From the NCBI GenBank assembly GCA_963767735.1, contig CAVYES010000005.1:192001-256000 (forward strand): a stretch of 64,000 bases of DNA. Reading direction: 5' to 3'. Position 1 is the first letter of the stretch; every line of letters begins with the position of its first letter. The translations under genes were made by a program, and so were the position numbers. Below, one piece after another: positions 20,795-28,040 of the stretch. The stretch comes from Candidatus Bathyarchaeota archaeon. Lineage in GTDB: Archaea; Thermoproteota; Bathyarchaeia; Bathyarchaeales; Bathycorpusculaceae. Under the pieces are notes generated by a model. The model was not told where the DNA came from. It did no database searches and worked only from the letters and a program-made list of their open reading frames with translations.

Positions 20795-21076
20795 ATGACA
20801 AGAAAAAGCACCCAAGAAATCAACTTCTCTTCTGGTCAAGACAGCAAAAGCAAATCTGCTGTTCGCAAAGAAAGGATGCCAATTGTCAGATGCTTGTGCG
20901 GCTCCGAAATTTTGGTGGTGCCCGATTTGAAAGCCATGAACCGTGCTATAAAAAATCATGTTGCCGAACACAAGCAAGCACGTGATGGTTCAGATAGGCT
21001 TGAGTCGTTGACGGAGTTCTTGATAGAGCAGGTTCTTACAGTGGCAAGCGAAATAAATCTGCCGAATGTAAAATAG
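20795..21076 (+). CDS. Small CxCG/His putative metal-binding protein, paralog A
   Basis: MTRKSTQEINF..CLCGSEILVVPDLKAMNRAIKNHVAEH; paralog of 22627-22911. Confidence 0.75.
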   Translation: MTRKSTQEINFSSGQDSKSKSAVRKERMPIVRCLCGSEILVVPDLKAMNRAIKNHVAEHKQARDGSDRLESLTEFLIEQVLTVASEINLPNVK

Positions 21077-21092
21077 TCATGAACAATCTACC

Positions 21093-21224
21093 AAGGCTTC
21101 CAAAAATTCACCCCCATAGATGGAAGAAGGCTTTTCGGAAAATAGCTAATCATCAGAGCATATAAAATAATTTAATATAAATTATGGCTTCTCATCCTAT
21201 GGCGCCCAATTCGTGACAGGCCTT
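21093..21224 (+). repeat. Palindromic repeat R3
   Basis: AAGGCTTCCAAAAA..CCCCCATAGA / CTAATCATCAGAGCATATAAAA / CCTATGG..CAGGCCTT. Confidence 0.85.
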
Positions 21225-21360
21225 CTGCCCTCACAATATACGCTGAATCACCTTCCGGGCGGTTTAATTTTCGTGATGCACGTATAGTACTATTTTTTAA
21301 ACTAAAGTGACTAATAAGTACAAAGGAACAGTTCGAGAATCAATCTTGAAAGTGATAAAA

Positions 21361-21633
21361 ATGGGCGAAACAAAATCGCAAAAAAAGCAAACTGGACAAT
21401 TAATAATTCGCGGGATCACTCAAGATAACGCTACAAAACTTATCGAGTTTCTCACACAAGGAACATTGCTGTCAGAAGAGAAACTGTTTGAAACGGCTGA
21501 CTTCTGGCCTCAGAACGAAATGGATGACTATACCGATGCCGTGATCGCAGCGATGCTTATAGCAAAAAATACCGCGCACGCTAAAGACCACAAAAAGAGT
21601 CGCAGGCCACAAAATGTAATTCACTATGAGTGA
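21361..21633 (+). CDS. Hypothetical protein
   Basis: ORF with ATG 21361 after GTGA; no family recognised. Confidence 0.55.
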   Translation: MGETKSQKKQTGQLIIRGITQDNATKLIEFLTQGTLLSEEKLFETADFWPQNEMDDYTDAVIAAMLIAKNTAHAKDHKKSRRPQNVIHYE

Positions 21634-21821
21634 CGGTATTATTTTTTGGACTTAAACTGCCCGACACCCATTCCCTCGCAATGTGCATATCATCGATTTA
21701 TCCCGAAATTTTTTCCGGGAAATTTTTGACGCGCCCGAGCGAGTAAGCCTAGCCTTTGAACGGAAAAACATTTCTGCCTGAGTGGATTTTTGGTACTTTT
21801 TTGGAAGTTTGTCAGACCTTT

Positions 21822-21980
21822 CTAACGGACGGTGGCTATTCGTCCGTCTGAAGTATCTGTCATTTGCCATTCGAGCGTGTCGCCGGGTTGTAAATTCAAA
21901 AATTCAGCTATTCCTTCAGGCACCGTTGCTCTGGGGATTTCGATTTTGGTCTTGCTATCGATGTTTTTGATTTGAGGCGA
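21822..21980 (-). pseudogene. AbrB/MazE/SpoVT-family DNA-binding protein, frameshifted
   Basis: LKSKTSIARPKSKS / RATVPEGIAEFLNLQPGDTLEW in adjacent frames. Confidence 0.65.
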
Positions 21981-22172
21981 GCCTCAAAATTGGTTTAAGC
22001 GGATTAAACAAAGGACCCAAAGCGGAGTCTAATTCGAATCTCTTGAGACGCGATGAATGTGGTGTAAAAGAGTTCAAATGCGGGGACCCGGGCATGTTGC
22101 GATGGACCGAAAACCGCTCATAACGCGGCGCCATAAAAGTTATTAAATTTTCGTCATTTTTTATCATCCTTC

Positions 22173-22254
22173 AATCCGTATAAAGTGTTTTGGGGACCTC
22201 GGTCGGGTCGTCCGCCGATTCCGGGAAGGGCTCCCAATTTACTTTATATGGATT
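22173..22254. repeat. Long stem-loop (AATCCGTATAAAGT...ACTTTATATGGATT with GC-rich inner stem)
   Basis: 13/14 inverted match plus inner TTGGGG/CTCCCAA pairing. Confidence 0.65.
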
Positions 22255-22379
22255 AAATCATATTAGGCAAACAAGCAAGCACTCTCGTCCAGTTTGACAA
22301 GCAGTTTCGCGCTCAGTAAAGGCATGGATTTGTCGGAAGCTTCACGCCCACGCAGTGTACGCTGTTTCAGGGCACGCGT

Positions 22380-22513
22380 AAGGTCTTTCAAATTCTGAGG
22401 GGTATAGAGGGAGTAAGGCTTGCCGGGTTTTACCTTATCATAAGAACATATAAAAAATATAAAATAATTTTGGCTTGTCTTTCTCTAAGGTGTCCGATTC
22501 GGGAAAAGACCTT
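22380..22513 (+). repeat. Palindromic repeat R4
   Basis: Perfect terminal IR AAGGTCTT/AAGACCTT; GGGGTATAGAG; CTTATCATAAGAACATATAAAA. Confidence 0.87.
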
Positions 22514-22626
22514 TCTTAACTTCGCATCACTGTTTCCGTGATTGTGCCAAGCCTATCACAATTTCTTATATGCTTTGCAGACTAAATAGAACTTTACTAA
22601 TCTGGTAAAGTTAGGAATGTGAGGTC

Positions 22627-22911
22627 ATGACCAAAAAAAGCATTCAAGAAATTAACTTTACTTTTGATCAAGACCGCAAAAGCAAATTCGTTTCTCATAA
22701 GAAAGGCATACGTACTATCAGGTGCGCATGTGGTTTCGAAATTTTGGTGCTGCCCGATTTGAAAGCTATGGACCGAGCTATAGAAAATCATTTAGCCGAG
22801 CACAGGGCAGCAAGTGGTTGCTCAGAAAGTAATTTAGCGCTTGATTGGTTAAGACAGTTCTTGACCGCGCAGCTTTTAAGAGCGGCAAGCGAAATAATCT
22901 GCCAACCGTAA
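22627..22911 (+). CDS. Small CxCG/His putative metal-binding protein, paralog B
   Basis: MTKKSIQEINF..CACGFEILVLPDLKAMDRAIENHLAEH; GAGGT RBS. Confidence 0.78.
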   Translation: MTKKSIQEINFTFDQDRKSKFVSHKKGIRTIRCACGFEILVLPDLKAMDRAIENHLAEHRAASGCSESNLALDWLRQFLTAQLLRAASEIICQP

Positions 22912-22931
22912 ATTAGCCTGAACAGTCAACC

Positions 22932-23064
22932 AAGGCATTCCAAAAATTTACCCCTATAGAGGGAAGATGTCTTTCGGGATTTACCTTATCATCAGAACAT
23001 ATAAAATACACTAAATAATTTTTGGGTTGACTTGTCCTATCCCCTCCAACCGGCGACAGTCCTT
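22932..23064 (+). repeat. Palindromic repeat R5
   Basis: AAGGCATTCCAAAAA..CCCCTATAGAG / CTTATCATCAGAACATATAAAA / CCTAT..CAGTCCTT. Confidence 0.85.
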
Positions 23065-23248
23065 TGGCCCCAAACAATGTACAGTGATCGGGCAAGTTTG
23101 CGCTCCGGCGATTTTTATGTATCTTGGATGCGCAAGGTTTAAAAAAAGTAAATCGTTTGCTTGATTGGGCAGGTTCAGAGGGAACTGCTGGATGGTTCGC
23201 CATCTTCACGCACTTCCGCAAACTCTAACCTCCCCGCTTGAATTCTTC

Positions 23249-23379
23249 AAGACCTTCCGAAATCTGGGGGTATAGAAGGAAAGGCTTGCACGATTTTACC
23301 TTATCATCAGAACATCTAAAATGAAAGAAATAGTTTTAGGATTGACTTATCCTATCCTGCCCAGATTTTGACATGCCTT
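23249..23379 (+). repeat. Palindromic repeat R6
   Basis: AAGACCTTCCGAAATCTGGGGGTATAG / CTTATCATCAGAACATCTAAAA / CCTAT..CCCAGATTTTGACATGCCTT; overlaps the stop of the next gene. Confidence 0.85.
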
Positions 23380-23707
23380 AGGTGTCTATTAGTTGCAGTT
23401 CCGAAATTCTTTTCTGCACCGTCTCGGACAGCTGTTGTCGCAACGGTTCGTCTGGTGTTGTTTTATCTATTTCGTCTATTTTTTGGGCGAGTTCCTCGTC
23501 GCCGATTGTGGTTCTTAGCCACTTTTGGAAGTCGCGGCGTTCGAAGTGGAACCTGATTGATTGTATGTCCAAGTGCTTAAGGTCGCTTAAGAAAGAGCAA
23601 AGAGACGTGGCTGTCTCGCCTGAATAATGGCCATCTGGCGCAAAAAAGTGGAAACCTCGCTCGTAAGGAACTGGGCTAAGTATTTTCTGTGCCTTTTCAA
23701 CGCTCAT
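23378..23707 (-). CDS. DUF5752-like protein
   Basis: ILSPVPYERGFHFF..TATSLCSF..SIRFHFERRDFQKWL..IGDEELA. Confidence 0.75.
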   Translation of the reverse strand: MSVEKAQKILSPVPYERGFHFFAPDGHYSGETATSLCSFLSDLKHLDIQSIRFHFERRDFQKWLRTTIGDEELAQKIDEIDKTTPDEPLRQQLSETVQKRISELQLIDT

Positions 23708-23768
23708 TGACAAGGTAGTAATCTCCAGATGATAATGGAGACAAGATGCTAAAATGGTTTTTGCGCTT

Positions 23769-23899
23769 AAGGTCTCCAAAAACTGGGGGTATAGAGGGAT
23801 AAAGCCTTTCGGGTTTTATCTTATCATCAGAACATATAAAAATCAAATAAATAAATTCAAACTTACAAACTCTATACATGGCAGTTTTCGACAGGCCTT
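23769..23899 (+). repeat. Palindromic repeat R7
   Basis: AAGGTCTCCAAAAACTGGGGGTATAGAG / CTTATCATCAGAACATATAAAA / CTCTATAC..CAGTTTTCGACAGGCCTT; 37 bp from the att. Confidence 0.87.
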
Positions 23900-23937
23900 T
23901 GCCCCAATCATGGCATGCAATGAATCAGGGGCAAAGT

Positions 23938-24014
23938 TGGAGCCTTCGGCGGGATTTGGACCCGCGACCATTACCTTACCAAGGTAACGCCCCACCGGGC
24001 TAGGCTACGAAGGC
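23938..24014 (-). tRNA. tRNA-Thr(GGT), CCA encoded
   Basis: GCCTTCG/CGAAGGC acceptor, TTACC-TTGGTAA-GGTAA anticodon arm, GCGGG-TCCAAAT-CCCGC T arm. Confidence 0.93.
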
Positions 24015-24188
24015 AAACATGTGTTCCCGTGAAAGAACTGTGTCTTGGCAATAAAATGCTTACGGTCAGAACCTGAGGCAAACTGCAACGTTCTCAACTC
24101 TCTTCATTTTCGCTGGTGGGAAAAGCTTCATATTAATTAGTTGGTACAGAGATTATCTCGGCTTGAGCAAAAAAGCTCGTGTAATGTT

Positions 24189-24273
24189 GCAGGGGTCTCC
24201 AAGCCTGGTCAACGGAGTAGGGCTTAGGACCCTATCGCGTAGGCGTTCGTGGGTTCAAATCCCACCCCCTGCA
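24189..24273 (+). tRNA. tRNA-Leu(TAG)
   Basis: GCAGGGG/CCCCTGC acceptor, TAGGG-CTTAGGA-CCCTA anticodon arm, long variable arm, GGTTCAAATCC. Confidence 0.95.
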
Positions 24274-24408
24274 CTTTTTTGGTTATTTTCTGCTTGCTTC
24301 TTGCTATTTTCTCGCTTTTTCGCAAAGAAATGGTAAGGAATATTCACTTTGATTGGAGTTCAAACCTCCAGATCATAATAGGGCTCAAATTCTGGAAAGG
24401 TCATTGCC

Positions 24409-25278
24409 TCAAATGAATCGACTAATGACAATAGCTATGACGGCGACTGTTAGAACGAGGTAGAGTTCGCGGATTCTCTTTCTTCCTTCTTGTGAGGTCT
24501 GGCTTGTCAGCAGCCTAAGAGAGAAGTATACGACGCCTAAATCCGAGGTTGCCATCACAGCAATATAGACGTTGCCTAGCCAACCTGCTAAGAAAGGAAG
24601 AAAGCTTAAACCTACAAATGCAGCGAACAGCAAACCAGAAACTCGCAAAGCGAATCTCCGTCCTTTAAGAATGCCTATGCTTCGGGCATGACGTGCCTTG
24701 TCGCCTTCAATGTCCATGGCACCACCGGCAATCTCCTCGCCCAAATCGAACAAAAACGCTAAACTGCCAAAAGTCCAAACAACACCGCTAAACAAACCAC
24801 CTACCACCAGCCCTCCGAAAACAAAAGTGCTGGCCACCGAAAAAGCAACCATCATATTTCCAAGCAGCCCCATTTCCTTAATCCGCCAATTGTAAAGCAG
24901 ACCCACTGTCCATATGACTAAAGCTGCAATGAGCATGGTTAAATTCAAGAATGCAGCTGCCAAAAGCCCCGCAAATGAAAACAAGCATGCAACCACGATT
25001 AGCTCAAAAATAGTGATTCGCCCCGATGGCAACGGCCTGTCAGGGTGGTTGATTTTGTCTACCGCTGAGTCGAAGTAATCATTAGTTATCATGGCTGTTC
25101 CTGCGATAAAGAAGCCTGTTAGAAAGCCCAGAAGTAGCATAGCAAATGTTGGCAAGTAACCGGACGCAATGATTTCGCCAGCTATCACACATATGCCCGC
25201 TGCTAATGGGAGCTCAGGTTTGAGCAAATCAGAAAACGCCTGCACTTTTCCCTTCATATTCACGTAATTCAGCCTCAA
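24409..25278 (-). CDS. UbiA-family prenyltransferase (DGGGP synthase-like)
   Basis: NDYFD..VDKINHPDRPLPSG, YN..K, GN, D.EGD motifs. Confidence 0.87.
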   Translation of the reverse strand: MRLNYVNMKGKVQAFSDLLKPELPLAAGICVIAGEIIASGYLPTFAMLLLGFLTGFFIAGTAMITNDYFDSAVDKINHPDRPLPSGRITIFELIVVACLFSFAGLLAAAFLNLTMLIAALVIWTVGLLYNWRIKEMGLLGNMMVAFSVASTFVFGGLVVGGLFSGVVWTFGSLAFLFDLGEEIAGGAMDIEGDKARHARSIGILKGRRFALRVSGLLFAAFVGLSFLPFLAGWLGNVYIAVMATSDLGVVYFSLRLLTSQTSQEGRKRIRELYLVLTVAVIAIVISRFI

Positions 25279-25344
25279 TTTAATTTACCCAAACTTGCTT
25301 TTTCAATTTTCCATTCGACATAGAAAAACTTCAAGTGGCGATTA

Positions 25345-25524
25345 TCAGCCTTCTGATGGGTTTTGAAAAAAGGGGAAATGGTAATCCATTTGCGGCTTAG
25401 ACGATGAAAGCTTTAGTGGCCTTCCATCGCAAATTGGGCATTTAAGCGGAAGGTTCTTTTGCAGATATATTTGTTCAACCATACATGGGAAGCAAAAATA
25501 ATTATTGCATTTTAGGCAATGCAC
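25345..25524 (-). CDS. Small Cys-rich zinc-finger protein (not in ORF track; possibly 5' truncated)
   Basis: CLKCNNYFCFPC..QKNLPLKCPICDG aligns with CPRCKIRFCYTC..QKKLPLECPMCGG of 19687-19878. Confidence 0.55.
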   Translation of the reverse strand: MHCLKCNNYFCFPCMVEQIYLQKNLPLKCPICDGRPLKLSSSKPQMDYHFPFFQNPSEG

Positions 25525-25550
25525 ACGTTTTTCTTTTATTAATTAATTTT

Positions 25551-25769
25551 TTACTGAGCGGCTCGTTGGGTCGTCTGGCTGGATGAGCTAGTTTTTAGGG
25601 ATTTATAATCCAAGCTACCAGCGTAAATTCCCAGTCCTATAAGCAGCAAACCAATAATGAGGGCTGCAATACTGTATGGGCTTGATTCGCCTAGGAAAAG
25701 GATGCCGGTTAAAAAGGCGAGAAATATGCCTAAGCCTGAACCTAATAGTATTACTCCCCTGTATTTCAT
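25551..25769 (-). CDS. Small two-TM membrane protein
   Basis: 72-aa hydrophobic hairpin ORF. Confidence 0.55.
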   Translation of the reverse strand: MKYRGVILLGSGLGIFLAFLTGILFLGESSPYSIAALIIGLLLIGLGIYAGSLDYKSLKTSSSSQTTQRAAQ

Positions 25770-26022
25770 TGCTGTTGACCTGCCTATTCTCGTGGTGGTT
25801 TATCCTGTTTTGGGGCTTTCTTAAAGATTTTGGCTTTTGTTCGCCTTTGAAGCTGGTTTCTAGGCGCGCCGCCCATCGCCAACAGGTTGTTTTCCGCATG
25901 CGTTACGCGGTTTAGTTATCCATTAATTTGTATAACACAAGAATTACTGTTCAGCATAGTTAGTTCTACATTGCACCTAGTTTATAAAAAGCGTTTAAAG
26001 CGATTTAGTTGTAGCTGATTTA

Positions 26023-26196
26023 ATGCCTACAATAAAGTTAACTTGGCGATGCAAAAGAGATCTTTTATCTTGCACTGTTTGCCGAGCTTTAGACGGTTAC
26101 ACTTGGATATTCGACGTTAAAAAAGAGAAGAAAACTTCCAGAGTACTGGTTCACCCGGTTTATGGTACTCTCGGGGGTCTAGATTGGTTACTTTAA
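26023..26196 (+). pseudogene. Small CxxC protein remnant (CTVCRALDGYTWIF..HPVYG)
   Basis: 57-aa ORF; HG..PENC-like continuation in another frame; weak resemblance to phage head-morphogenesis motifs. Confidence 0.35.
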
Positions 26197-26446
26197 CAAT
26201 CACTATCACGGTTATGCTCCAGAGAATTGCCTTCAGCTTATTGAAAAACTGGGATTAATAACTGGAGAACAAAAGAGAGCGAAGGCTAAAAACACCGTTA
26301 AGCAATCACAATTAGGATCATTCTTTAGCTAAACTTTCCACTAAACATACAGCATTCAATGAAAGCTTATTCTGCGCTTAATTTACCTCGAGTTTACAAA
26401 GGTTAATATTGCTTTAAAAAATCAAATAGGATGTGGAGAAGTCGTT

Positions 26447-26668
26447 ATGACTGAATTAGAAATTGCAGTAGCTGCAATGCATAGATTATGTAAGAAAGCT
26501 GGTGCTGAAAGAGTGAGTGAAGCAGCAGCAAAGGAACTTGCAAAGGCGCTTGAAGAAATCGGCGTGAAGATTGCTAAAGAAGCACTTGACTTTTCAATGC
26601 ATGCTGGAAGGAAAACCATTAAAGTTGAAGATATTGAGATTGCTGCTAGAAAAGTTATGGGAAAATAG
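26447..26668 (+). CDS. Archaeal histone (HMf-fold)
   Basis: [30 protein letters not shown]. Confidence 0.93.
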   Translation: MTELEIAVAAMHRLCKKAGAERVSEAAAKELAKALEEIGVKIAKEALDFSMHAGRKTIKVEDIEIAARKVMGK

Positions 26669-26780
26669 TAATAACTTAAACTCGCTTTTCGGACTATTTA
26701 TAAAGAGAACTATACAGCGTGGGCTCTAACAAGTTATAAATACAAAGTACTACCATATCTAGAATCCCGAGGTTAAAGTA

Positions 26781-26834
26781 GTGGCTAAGAAACCAGTCAA
26801 GAAAGAAGAAAAGAAACCAGCAAAGAAAAAGTAA
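26781..26834 (+). CDS. 17-aa Lys-rich micro-protein MAKKPVKKEEKKPAKKK
   Basis: TATA (TTATAAATA ~26734), GAGGT RBS, GTG start, T-rich terminator 26866-26879. Confidence 0.55.
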   Translation: MAKKPVKKEEKKPAKKK

Positions 26835-27031
26835 AACCCTCGGTATGAGCAGATTTACTTCTCTATTTTTTCTTTTTTTCTCATCAAAAAGAGAGCTTTC
26901 TCGCAAAGATTCTCATGGGAATAGAGAAGCCAAAGACACCCTGAAATTTCTCTGGCAATTAACGCTGAAGTATAATAGGCAAAGTTTTATCCGCTCATCA
27001 AGTCTGTTATCACATTAATGGAGGCGAAATT

Positions 27032-27193
27032 ATGGCAAAATGTCCCAAATGTGGAAAAGAAGTAGCTCCTAAAAAAACTTGGAAGATGGCTGGAAGACCT
27101 GACAAAACGGGAAAGAGAACAGAACTTACCATCGGTCTGTGCGAGTGCTGCGGCAAAACCTTTAGAACCACACTCAACAAACAGAAAATCTAA
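27032..27193 (+). CDS. Cren7-like chromatin protein with Zn-binding cysteines (not in ORF track)
   Basis: MAKCPKCGKEVAPKKTWKMAGRPDKTGKRTELTIGLCECCGKTFR; GGAGG RBS; T-rich terminator. Confidence 0.8.
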   Translation: MAKCPKCGKEVAPKKTWKMAGRPDKTGKRTELTIGLCECCGKTFRTTLNKQKI

Positions 27194-27325
27194 CTTGCTG
27201 AAATATTAAAAATCACCTTTTCTTTTCTTTGTGATTAATCGATTTTACAATATTAGTCAATGCACATCTGGAGTTCAGAAGATTCTAATTGACTCCGCAA
27301 TATATTGGTTAAGAAGCGAGTGAAT

Positions 27326-27615
27326 ATGGTCAAGCTGACATTTTATTGAGGCGTAAACGAGATCGGCGGCAGCAAGATTCTTTTAGAGGATAACGGAACC
27401 AAAATATTTCTTGACTTCGGGCAATCTTTCACTTTTGGCTCAGGGTTTTTTACGAGCTGGCTTCAGCCAAAAGTCCTTAACGGTTTTGGCGATTACTTTG
27501 AGTTCAACCTGTTACCTAAGATAAGCAGCTCGGACTCTAAGGAAATGTTTGATCCCACGAACCTCGCGCCGAGGTTGACCGTGTGTTCCTGTCGCACGGC
27601 CACTTAGCCCACTTA
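27326..27615 (+). pseudogene. MBL-fold metallo-hydrolase (RNase J-like) remnant
   Basis: MVKLTFY*GVNEIGGSKILL..IFLDFG..VFLSHGHLAH, with stop and truncation. Confidence 0.75.
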
Positions 27616-28040
27616 CAACGCTGCGCTCAAATAATGAAGAGATGCCAAAAAACTCTATAATTTATTTATACTTTTCCGATGCAACTGCGCGCTAGCAAAA
27701 GTCACGGCATCGGTACAGCTGAAGTTCTTCTGAGCTGATGGACCCTTGCCCCGTTCTTGGTTGCCCTTTGGCGTTTGAAGTTTTTTGTAATAACTTCAAT
27801 TTTTCAACTTTTCGGCAATTTCAGATTTAGGTTATTACATGAAGCATTTGCCTTTGCCATCGATTTGGTCGATGGTGCATTCGCTTTCCATCGGTTTGAT
27901 TGATTAGCGAAGCGCAATCGTCAGAATGTGGCTGTATCATTACAATCACATAAGTTTAAGTCTGAAAACGAGAGCCGTTCTGTTAGCGAGCTTGCTTTTG
28001 TATAAACTCGATGAATTTTTGAGAATGGAGGTGAAAATTA

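Larger units (their letters stand above)
17750..23983. mobile_element. 6.2-kb element integrated in tRNA-Thr(GGT), with split integrase and repeat-delimited gene array
   Basis: 47-bp exact direct repeat (17750-17796, 23937-23983) matching the tRNA 3' half; integrase adjacent. Confidence 0.88.

Noticed and set aside
22913-23221. 102-aa minus-strand ORF
   Set aside because: Largely antisense to repeat R5; its similarity to 23697-23879 just reflects the repeat.
18643-23899. Repeats as a CRISPR array or canonical attC sites
   Set aside because: Repeats are ~130 bp and degenerate, intervals are 0.2-1.8 kb and contain genes, no cas genes are present, and there are no GTTRRRY cores or IntI.
23754-23987. 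77-aa ORF
   Set aside because: It reads through repeat R7 and the antisense tRNA; the frame is not conserved in the other repeat copies.
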